Shown here one piece after another: positions 57,123-64,000 of a stretch of 64,000 nt of DNA. Each line of letters begins with the position of its first letter. The stretch's first letter is position 1. Position numbers and translations under genes: made by a program. The notes under the pieces are model-generated. The model was not told the origin of the DNA. It saw nothing but the letters and a program-made list of their open reading frames with translations, and searched no databases. The stretch is from a virus. The stretch covers positions 17,010-81,009 of IMG/VR virus record IMGVR_UViG_3300032093_000070; one strand, written 5' to 3'.

Positions 57123-57659
57123 ATGCTTAATATCAGAAAAGAAGATATGGCAGGAATGGCGGTGCTAGCGGTGTATGGATTAGTTCTAGGAGCTCTTCCA
57201 CACGCGCTCGCGGCTAATGTAATACCTGAGCCCAAAGTAGCTGAGGTAGTCGTAGTTGATCCGCTGGACGAGTTTAGGAACGCTAAGTCGCTAGACGGCG
57301 CGGAACTAAAGTCTCTGCTTAAGGCAGTCGGTTTTGAGGGAAAATCCCTCAGGGTTGCCTGGGCAGTTGCCATGAAAGAGTCAAACGGTCGCCCATTAGC
57401 TCATAATGACGATCTAAGTACGGGGGACAACTCTTACGGGATATTCCAGATCAACATGCTTGGTCAACTTGGAATAGATCGACTAGAGAAGTTTGACCTA
57501 AAAGCTAATAAGGATCTCTACGATCCAGTAACAAACGCGCAGATTGCTTACCATATGACCGCTGGTGGAAAAGACTGGTCGTCTTGGAAAATCAATCCCG
57601 AAGCAAGTAACGGACAACGATACGACTCCTTTTATGAGGAGTTTCCAAAAGGAAAATAA
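57123..57659 (+). CDS. secreted/anchored lysozyme-like transglycosylase
   Basis: N-terminal hydrophobic signal; AMKESNG catalytic Glu, SYGIFQIN, DPVTNA, DWSSW. Confidence 0.85.
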   Translation: MLNIRKEDMAGMAVLAVYGLVLGALPHALAANVIPEPKVAEVVVVDPLDEFRNAKSLDGAELKSLLKAVGFEGKSLRVAWAVAMKESNGRPLAHNDDLSTGDNSYGIFQINMLGQLGIDRLEKFDLKANKDLYDPVTNAQIAYHMTAGGKDWSSWKINPEASNGQRYDSFYEEFPKGK

Positions 57660-57910
57660 TGTACGCAAAAATAGCCGCACCAACCTTTGATGGCACCCAG
57701 CCATGTAAAGGAATGAACACGGAAGAATTCTTCCCAGTGGATCGCATAGAAGAAGAGAGATTTAAAAGGGCTATCAAGCCTGTGTGCGATTCTTGCAAGT
57801 TCAGATCTGAGTGCCTTCAGTGGGCGCTTGACAATAGAGAGATTGGGATCTGGGCTGGAACAACTACAGATGAGCGACGGCTCATTATTCGACGATTAAG
57901 GCGTAAATAG
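57659..57910 (+). CDS. whiB: WhiB-family transcription factor
   Basis: C-x21-CxxC-x5-C pattern, FFP, GIWAGTT, basic C-terminus. Confidence 0.92.
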   Translation: MYAKIAAPTFDGTQPCKGMNTEEFFPVDRIEEERFKRAIKPVCDSCKFRSECLQWALDNREIGIWAGTTTDERRLIIRRLRRK

Positions 57911-57946
57911 CAAAAAACCCCCTGCCAAACGGCGGGGGGTTTTTTG
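57911..57946. terminator. bidirectional intrinsic terminator
   Basis: AAAAAACCCCCTGCC-AAAC-GGCGGGGGGTTTTTT between convergent genes. Confidence 0.9.
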
Positions 57947-57955
57947 TTAGGGCTA

Positions 57956-58936
57956 TTAAGAAGCTGTTGCCCAAGGAGTGATTGTGATTGTTGCAGTTGT
58001 CGCAACGCTTGCTGCGTTTGCTGCAGTGCTCTGGGTCTTGATGGTGCCATTGGCTCCGCCAAGTGTTCCAGTTGCGTTGACACCAGTTGTATCTGCAACT
58101 GTGAAGCCAGAACCTGAAACGGTGATCTGACCTGCACCAGCAGAACCTGTAACTGTCCAAGTACCAAGTGCGTATGCTGGAAGATTGACTGGAGCTTCGC
58201 CAGCTGGAGTTCCAGCAACAAGTGTGACCTTGGTGCCTGTTGGGTAATTGGTGTGAGCATTTGTAGCGTAGATAACTGCTGCTGTAGCGCTTGTAGCGTT
58301 AAAGCGAGTTACATCTGTACGTGTATTTGTTGCCGCAGTAGCGGTAGTGATATTTGCTGCTTCATAACCAGCGTCCTTAAGAGCATCAAGAGCCAAAGCT
58401 GTGGTGAGACCACGAACATCTGGAACGATGATGTAACCAATTCCAGCGCCATCTGCTGCTGTAAGAGCGGTTGTTGATTGAACCTTTCCATACTGACCTG
58501 TAATAGATCCGGCGTTTGCCGCGTTAGTTACAGTAAATGAAAGAGCGTTTGCTGTAGCCACGGTGGCTGAGGATAGGTTGTAAGCACTAGCTGTAAGGCC
58601 GGTGATGTTTACGACATCTCCTGCTGCAAGCTTGTTCTGTGCGGTGTATGTAACGGTTGTTCCGTTACCTGAAACTGCTGTAATGATGTAGTTGCCAGCC
58701 CCAGCGGTGAATGCTGGATATCCTGACCAACCTGCTTCTGCATTTGCGTGGTTGTCAAGATCGGCGTTAAGGCGAGCGCTTGGATAGACGGAATATCCGC
58801 TCCAATCGTAGTTTTGAGCTGCATCAGCAGCCACGACTACGGTAGCACCGCCATCTGTACGATCATCATTTGGCTGCATAGGGAAGTTACCCCATACAAA
58901 GTCAACTGCTTGTTGACCCGATGTATCTGTTGCCAT
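57956..58936 (-). CDS. Ala/Thr-rich virion-like protein with a split PASTA-like motif
   Basis: VDFVWGNFPMQPNDDR; VPDVRGLT..A.DALKDAG ... TIKTQS..A. Confidence 0.6.
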   Translation of the reverse strand: MATDTSGQQAVDFVWGNFPMQPNDDRTDGGATVVVAADAAQNYDWSGYSVYPSARLNADLDNHANAEAGWSGYPAFTAGAGNYIITAVSGNGTTVTYTAQNKLAAGDVVNITGLTASAYNLSSATVATANALSFTVTNAANAGSITGQYGKVQSTTALTAADGAGIGYIIVPDVRGLTTALALDALKDAGYEAANITTATAATNTRTDVTRFNATSATAAVIYATNAHTNYPTGTKVTLVAGTPAGEAPVNLPAYALGTWTVTGSAGAGQITVSGSGFTVADTTGVNATGTLGGANGTIKTQSTAANAASVATTATITITPWATAS

Positions 58937-58987
58937 TAAATTACCTTTTCTCTAGAGTGGTATAGCGCCTGATCGGGGCGCCCTACT

Positions 58988-59016
58988 ATTGTCTAAGAGC
59001 TTTTAGGCTTTGTCAT
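58988..59016 (-). promoter_or_regulatory. candidate promoter ATGACA-N17-GACAAT
   Basis: Intergenic, 17-bp spacer, followed by a 5' hairpin and an SD. Confidence 0.45.
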
Positions 59017-59022
59017 GGCTAC

Positions 59023-60072
59023 CTAACGGAGATTAAGCAGGGACTCGTCCCAGTCTCGATACCAACAGGCTTTGTTCCCTTCCGTTGGGTGACCGTTCCA
59101 AGAAAAGTCCCCTGTTGTTGCCGATGGGGGTTTGTTCCAGTATTTCCATCCTTGAAGCCTTCCAGCCTGATTCATGTTTCTTTGTATATAACTAGTGAAG
59201 GTGCTTCCAGAACTGCCGATAAAGTCTTGCGAGTAGTGCATAACAAGATTACAGAGTAGCCCAAAGGACACCTCATCTTGAAACTTAAACTCCTTAAATT
59301 CTTTCTCAAAGTTATTGATTATGTACTCGTCTAAAAGAATAAATTTGTCTTTATTGCGTAAGACCATAGTGTTAGTGGGTTCGTCTGTGGAAAGGATCAC
59401 GGGAAGATCTCCCACTAGTTCGTCTAAGCCAGCAGTAAACTGCTCAAATGTAGGTTTATCGTATTGATTGTCAGTCAGCCGTAAATGGGCTCCCTTGAAC
59501 CTGCCAATAGAGTTTGCTATAACCTCAGATAGTTGAATGTATTCCGCTTTAAATCTAACCTTAGACAAGGCTTGATCTAACTCCTTTGATCGATCATAAA
59601 AAAAGGTTGAATATTGCCCTAGTGTACGTTTCAAGTGAATATTTTTATTAGGGGGAATAATAAGGTTTTTCCGTTTAAAGGCAAAAGCAAGTTCTCTCTT
59701 AGAGGTCTCCCTAATAGAACTGTAATAGTCCATCATGTCCTCTATAAGGATGTCTTCTTGAGGAAAATAAGGTATTTTGTCTTCTATTAATATAATACTG
59801 TTGTACGGCTCAAAGTCTAACAAGTCGTCAATTCTTGGGTACTGGTCATATCTTAAAAAATTGTCTCGTTTATTCCATTGCCAGTTTGCACTGTATATAC
59901 CGACACGATTGTTGTCATAAACCGAATTAGGACGATCCCTTAGGTTGTGCACTACTAAATCTCTCTTATATACATAAGAAAGACCTACGGCTAACTCCAT
60001 ACTTATAGTCTGATTAAATAATCCACAAGGGTTGTAAAGTTGAAAAAATATTAAATTATTTTTCATTTTCAA
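59023..60072 (-). CDS. O-fucosyltransferase-like glycosyltransferase (GT-B, POFUT/GT65-GT68-like)
   Basis: CGLFNQ, GAHLR.TD, ILSTDE, FIGSSGSTFTSYI: the GDP-sugar-binding motifs of the O-FucT clan. Confidence 0.75.
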   Translation of the reverse strand: MKMKNNLIFFQLYNPCGLFNQTISMELAVGLSYVYKRDLVVHNLRDRPNSVYDNNRVGIYSANWQWNKRDNFLRYDQYPRIDDLLDFEPYNSIILIEDKIPYFPQEDILIEDMMDYYSSIRETSKRELAFAFKRKNLIIPPNKNIHLKRTLGQYSTFFYDRSKELDQALSKVRFKAEYIQLSEVIANSIGRFKGAHLRLTDNQYDKPTFEQFTAGLDELVGDLPVILSTDEPTNTMVLRNKDKFILLDEYIINNFEKEFKEFKFQDEVSFGLLCNLVMHYSQDFIGSSGSTFTSYIQRNMNQAGRLQGWKYWNKPPSATTGDFSWNGHPTEGNKACWYRDWDESLLNLR

Positions 60073-61018
60073 TCTGTTTTACGATCCAGTCGTAGGTATG
60101 TTTTAACCCTTCTTCTAAGTTTTCTTTTGGAGACCTGCCTAGAACCTTGTGTATTAAATTATTATCAGATGTTCTTGCCTTTACCCCAGTTGGGCCTTCA
60201 ATATGTATCTTTTTAAGATCTTTGTTTGCAATAGCACAGACCATATCAACTAATTGATTTATAGACACCGTGGCTGTAGAACCAATATTAATAGGATCAA
60301 AAAAAGTTCTTTCTCTATAAAAAGCTTTAGTAAACTCTACGCACTCGTCAACATACAAAAAAGATCTAAGCTGCGACCCATCTCCCCAAATTTCTATATT
60401 GTCAGTTGCTTGAGCTACTTTTCGACAAATAGCAGCAGGGGCTTTTTCTTTCCCACCTTTCCAGGTACCTTGAGGACCAAAAACATTGTGGTATCTTCCA
60501 ATTTTATTTTTCATACCGTAGTCTCGGTTGTATGCTAAATAAATGCGCTCGCTAAAAAGTTTTTCCCATCCATATTCGGTATCTGGATGCGCTGGATAAG
60601 CGGTACTTTCCTCACATGTAAAGTTATTAGGATTTATTTGATTATGTTCTGGGTATACGCAAGCCGAAGAAGAGAAAAAAACTCCGTGAATGCCTACTTC
60701 TTCTGCTCGTCTAACTATATTTAAGTTTATTAACGCCGAATTAGTTAATATAGAAGCATCATGGCTAGAACTTATGTACCCAATACCGCCCATGTCAGCC
60801 GCTAATTGGTATACCTCATCGTATTTTTGAGACATGACCCTATTTACTGTGTATCTATCTCGTAAATCAGCAACTACAAACACATCAGCTTGTGATTTAC
60901 CAAATTCTGGATGTTTTATATCCGACCCAACAACCCAATACCCTTCTTCTTTTAACGAGGTAACAAGGTGATTGCCAATAAAACCGCCAGCACCAAAAAC
61001 TAAAGCCGTCTTACTCAT
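60056..61018 (-). CDS. GDP-mannose 3,5-epimerase-like NAD-dependent epimerase
   Basis: GAGGFIG, LAADMGGIGYI, SSSACVYP, YGWEKL, RYHNVFGPQGTWKGGKEKAPAAICRK, WGDG.Q.RSF. Confidence 0.88.
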   Translation of the reverse strand: MSKTALVFGAGGFIGNHLVTSLKEEGYWVVGSDIKHPEFGKSQADVFVVADLRDRYTVNRVMSQKYDEVYQLAADMGGIGYISSSHDASILTNSALINLNIVRRAEEVGIHGVFFSSSACVYPEHNQINPNNFTCEESTAYPAHPDTEYGWEKLFSERIYLAYNRDYGMKNKIGRYHNVFGPQGTWKGGKEKAPAAICRKVAQATDNIEIWGDGSQLRSFLYVDECVEFTKAFYRERTFFDPINIGSTATVSINQLVDMVCAIANKDLKKIHIEGPTGVKARTSDNNLIHKVLGRSPKENLEEGLKHTYDWIVKQIENEK

Positions 61019-61026
61019 GGTGCTCC

Positions 61027-61617
61027 TTACATCATCTGTTGAGGTTCTTTTTCTTTGTTAGCTCTAATATGCGTAAACAAGTAGTTAGGTCCTTCTGTAA
61101 AGTACCAATGATCTGGCTCGCAAAAGAAGAAAAAGGCATTGCACACCAAATTTGTTTCTGGGTTAGGAAACGCCTCTCTCCAATGTTCTTGATCATTACC
61201 ATACATAAATAAAGCGTCGTTTTCTAACAAGGTATAGGGCTTACCCTCTGCCCAAATATCCCAAGGTTCTTTTTGAAAAACGCAAAGGTCAATGTGATAT
61301 GTGCATGCGTTATCATCTTTATGTTTCCAAAGACGCGCTGCTTCTCCTTCGTAAGTGCTCATTAAACACCAAGATGGTTTTAAAGTAGGACTACCAAAGT
61401 ACTCTCGCGCTATCTCAGTTAGTAACTCATGAATTCTAGAGAGTTCAGGCTCACCATGCCATTGATGTCTGCCAAAACCAGGTTCGTACGCCGGTCTATT
61501 AGCCCAAAGATCCATAGCGTGTCTTTGAAGGTTTTTAAGTTCTTCTGGTGGAAGCAGGTTATTTACTATAAACGGCTCTTTTATAATTACGGGGTACTCT
61601 GTTGACATAATTACCAC
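61027..61617 (-). CDS. 2OG-Fe(II) oxygenase-like protein (same family as 34248-34871)
   Basis: LWKHKDDNAC...YGNDQEHWRE (HxD...H). Confidence 0.7.
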   Translation of the reverse strand: MVIMSTEYPVIIKEPFIVNNLLPPEELKNLQRHAMDLWANRPAYEPGFGRHQWHGEPELSRIHELLTEIAREYFGSPTLKPSWCLMSTYEGEAARLWKHKDDNACTYHIDLCVFQKEPWDIWAEGKPYTLLENDALFMYGNDQEHWREAFPNPETNLVCNAFFFFCEPDHWYFTEGPNYLFTHIRANKEKEPQQMM

Positions 61618-61850
61618 TTTCCTAGAGGACAGGTTGCATGCTCAAGTTTGGTCTTTGCAACCATAAAGCACCCGCACTTTTTGCACTGCTTAGTTACTTT
61701 AATGAGTTCTGGGCAAGCTAAGCACATCTCATACCGTTCAGTGGCTTTTTCCTCTGTTGTATAGGCATTACGATCCAACATGTCCCAAGGACGAGTTTCG
61801 CCTAAGTTCTTTTTATACCTCTGCCAGGGGGTTAATTCATTTTCACTCAT
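61611..61850 (-). CDS. small Cys-rich protein
   Basis: CLACP...QCKKCGCFM..KTKL..A.CPLGKW. Confidence 0.75.
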   Translation of the reverse strand: MSENELTPWQRYKKNLGETRPWDMLDRNAYTTEEKATERYEMCLACPELIKVTKQCKKCGCFMVAKTKLEHATCPLGKW

Positions 61851-61854
61851 GAGG

Positions 61855-62289
61855 CTATCCTACAGGAGAATTAAAAAATACCCCATCCCATGTGTAGCCA
61901 ACTGTAATATTGCCGTCAGTTGGGACAATTTTTGGGTTTGAGTCAAGACCTGCCACTGATCGATCAAATTCCTCTGGATCCATATCCTCTTTTACATAGG
62001 TGAGGATACCAACCACATCGTTATCTGCAACAACGGCATATCTAGCAACCCCCTCAGGTACACTCTCTCCAGTAGATAATGGGTTTTCCATATCAACATC
62101 TTCTGGTGCGTAAAAGTTACCTTCTTTATAAAAGTAGGTTTTGTTTACATCTGGATAGCTATTAACATTTACAATTGTAGGATCGGAACTGAAAACAGCT
62201 ATCCATTTTTCCAAAGATGAAACTGAGTCATCAAAGCGGGTGACATAAAAGACATCACCGTCAGATATAAAGGCAAAATGCTTTAGCAT
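61855..62289 (-). CDS. hypothetical protein with internal duplication, possible fibre chaperone
   Basis: FAFISDGDV...SDPTIV and YAVVADNDV...SNPKIV; ends GYTWDGVFF. Confidence 0.6.
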   Translation of the reverse strand: MLKHFAFISDGDVFYVTRFDDSVSSLEKWIAVFSSDPTIVNVNSYPDVNKTYFYKEGNFYAPEDVDMENPLSTGESVPEGVARYAVVADNDVVGILTYVKEDMDPEEFDRSVAGLDSNPKIVPTDGNITVGYTWDGVFFNSPVG

Positions 62290-63308
62290 AGGTAGCCTCC
62301 TAGGTTAGTACACTGACATGATGCGTTGTAGGTTCCAATTCTAATACATGGATCAGGGCAGCAACCACAGAGATTACAGGAAGCATAAACTTCGCAAGAC
62401 TGACCCTGACAACTTGCAGTAGGTGTAGGCGCTACAGGTGTTGGTGCCACTGGAGTAGGCGCTACTGGAGTAGGTGCCACTGGTGTTGGAGCTACTGGAG
62501 TAGGCGCTACAGGTGTTGGAGCGACTGGAGTTGGGGCAACAGGAGTTGGCGCTACTGGGGTCGGAGCAACAGGTGTAGGTCCGCAAGTAGTTGACTGACA
62601 GTTTGGATATGAGGACTGTGAACATGTGATGTTGTAACCAGTACCTGTTTGAGAAATATTAGTTATCTCTTGTGAGTAAGAACAGTTTCCTGCACCGGCG
62701 CATTGAGAGCTTGTAGTACAGAACCATGAGCCAGCGACTGGTGTAGGGGCTACTGGAGTAGGGGCTACTGGCGTTGGAGCTACTGGTGTTGGAGCGCAGC
62801 ATGTATTGATCACGCTTGTAGTTGGTCCAGAACTTACTGAGTATGGGGAGCAAACATCTACCGCAAAAGCATTTGCAGCAGCTTGACTTGGGAAACTTCC
62901 AACTTTTACATCGCAATCTGGGCCACTGCAACACCAGTAATAAGTAGTTAGTGCTACTGGAGTAGGCGCTACTGGAGTAGGTGCCACTGGTGTAGGAGCT
63001 ACAGGCGTTGGTGCAACTGGTGTAGGAGCTACAGGAGTAGGTGCGACAGGAGTAGGGGCAACTGGTGTAGGAGCTACAGGGGTCGGTGCTACTGGAGTTG
63101 GAGCAACTGGTGTTGGTGCGACTGGGGTTGGTGCTACAGGTGTTGGAGTTGGTGCAGGTTCACAAACTGATCGCCAAGTTCCTGCTACTTTTACATAAGA
63201 GTTAGTTACGGTACGCCAGGTATTACTTACTTTTACATTACCGCACTCAGCAGCTTGATCTGCCGATACAGTGCGCCAAGTCCCACCAACCTTTATGTAC
63301 TCGGCCAT
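62283..63308 (-). CDS. Pro/Thr-rich (PTPVA)n protein with Cys-rich modules; probable virion fibre tip
   Basis: Three YxKVxGTWR-type N-terminal repeats; PTPVA blocks of 13, 4 and 10 units separated by Cys clusters. Confidence 0.8.
   Translation of the reverse strand: MAEYIKVGGTWRTVSADQAAECGNVKVSNTWRTVTNSYVKVAGTWRSVCEPAPTPTPVAPTPVAPTPVAPTPVAPTPVAPTPVAPTPVAPTPVAPTPVAPTPVAPTPVAPTPVAPTPVALTTYYWCCSGPDCDVKVGSFPSQAAANAFAVDVCSPYSVSSGPTTSVINTCCAPTPVAPTPVAPTPVAPTPVAGSWFCTTSSQCAGAGNCSYSQEITNISQTGTGYNITCSQSSYPNCQSTTCGPTPVAPTPVAPTPVAPTPVAPTPVAPTPVAPTPVAPTPVAPTPVAPTPVAPTPTASCQGQSCEVYASCNLCGCCPDPCIRIGTYNASCQCTNLGGYLC
62416..63147 (-). repeat. 15-nt coding tandem repeats (PTPVA), three blocks
   Basis: Amino-acid unit invariant while third codon positions vary. 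Confidence 0.9.
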
Positions 63309-63311
63309 GGT

Positions 63312-63833
63312 TTACGTATACTTTAACCAGACATCCCCATCATTTCCACCAGTAGGAGTGGAGGTGGAGACATGAATTGTTCTTACATAGCCAGATGATG
63401 CGGGAGCTACAGTAGTCATAGTTCCATCAGCATTTACTGTAGTAACAGCTGTTCCCGCAGAAGTCTGCCATTCCTGCAATGTAGCGCTTTGGCTTGCTGC
63501 GCCACGGACAACAAGACCCTTTGTTGCTGCGGATCCGGCAACAATAATGTTTCCAGAATCTCCAGCTTTTCTAATATATTGACTGTGAGCATCAGAAACA
63601 ACACCGATCTCAATGTTAGCTAATCGAGCTGAGACGGAAGCAAAGGATGTAGCGGTGCTAGCAAATGTGCCAGAGGCGGAAGGGGCTGTTGAAAGATTAG
63701 GGTTTACGCCAAGGATAGACTCAATGGCTACTACTTCTTCTTGAAGGCTATTTGGGTGAGAGGCATCAATGATGTCAATGATGTTCTGCTTAGTAGTAAA
63801 GACCGCAACAGAGGTTGGGTAGGAGGCCGCCAT
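63312..63833 (-). CDS. virion fibre-associated protein
   Basis: YPTSV...ASHPNSLQEEVVAIE..LG; C-terminal STPTGGNDGDVW. Confidence 0.65.
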   Translation of the reverse strand: MAASYPTSVAVFTTKQNIIDIIDASHPNSLQEEVVAIESILGVNPNLSTAPSASGTFASTATSFASVSARLANIEIGVVSDAHSQYIRKAGDSGNIIVAGSAATKGLVVRGAASQSATLQEWQTSAGTAVTTVNADGTMTTVAPASSGYVRTIHVSTSTPTGGNDGDVWLKYT

Positions 63834-63860
63834 CTTGTTCCTTTCAAGCTTTAAGGTACT

Positions 63861-63895
63861 ACGGTAGGGGAATTACTTTATGTTTTCCGCCTAAA
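63861..63895 (-). promoter_or_regulatory. candidate late promoter TTTAGG-CGGAAA-N17-TACCGT
   Basis: Repeated motif heading the PTPVA/glycosylation operon. Confidence 0.5.
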
Positions 63896-64000
63896 CTAGT
63901 TCTGTGACTCTCCTCGTTGACCGCGTCCCGGCTTTAAGTGAGTCCAGATCGTTGGTTTTTCTGCTTCATTCAAAAAGAATTCTCTTCTACCAAATCTAGT
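63896..64000 (-). CDS. 3' end of a gene entering from outside the window
   Basis: Open frame ...TRFGRREFFLNEAEKPTIWTHLKPGRGQRGESQN*. Confidence 0.5.
   Translation of the reverse strand, partial: TRFGRREFFLNEAEKPTIWTHLKPGRGQRGESQN

Noticed and set aside
62416-63147. Regular short repeats resembling a CRISPR array
   Set aside because: 15-nt in-frame coding units with wobble variation and no unique spacers; no cas genes
1-64000. tRNA, rRNA, introns/inteins, integrase, transposase
   Set aside because: None recognised by eye; Pol A, DnaB, RecA and terminase are uninterrupted and of ordinary length. A tRNAscan/Infernal run would be needed to exclude small RNAs fully

Overview
A 64-kb segment of a contractile-tailed (myovirus-type) dsDNA phage genome, almost all on the minus strand. 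A WhiB gene and the overall gene set point to an actinobacterial host (inference). Read along the minus strand, the order is as follows. (1) A virion-decoration and glycosylation block: a (PTPVA)n Cys-rich protein, a 2OG-Fe(II) oxygenase, a GDP-mannose 3,5-epimerase and an O-fucosyltransferase-like enzyme. (2) A divergent lysozyme-like/whiB operon. (3) Lysis genes (CHAP endolysin, holin). (4) Terminase, portal, scaffold and major capsid. (5) About 17 kb of collagen-like, Gly-rich and fibre genes, containing a duplicated five-gene cassette, an inverted cassette of two 2OG oxygenases plus a carbamoyltransferase, and a GT2-TPR glycosyltransferase. (6) An array of eight translationally coupled Lys-rich micro-ORFs. 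(7) Tail sheath, tube, chaperone (apparent +1 frameshift), tape measure and baseplate. (8) A replication block: initiator, DnaC-like loader, DnaB, primase, dNMP kinase, SNF2 helicase, SSB, Pol A and RecA. The best candidate for an undescribed system is a phage-encoded, multi-enzyme pathway that modifies repetitive virion fibre proteins by hydroxylation, L-sugar O-glycosylation and O-carbamoylation. No tRNA, rRNA, CRISPR array, integrase or transposase was seen. All product calls come from motif recognition by eye, not database searches.
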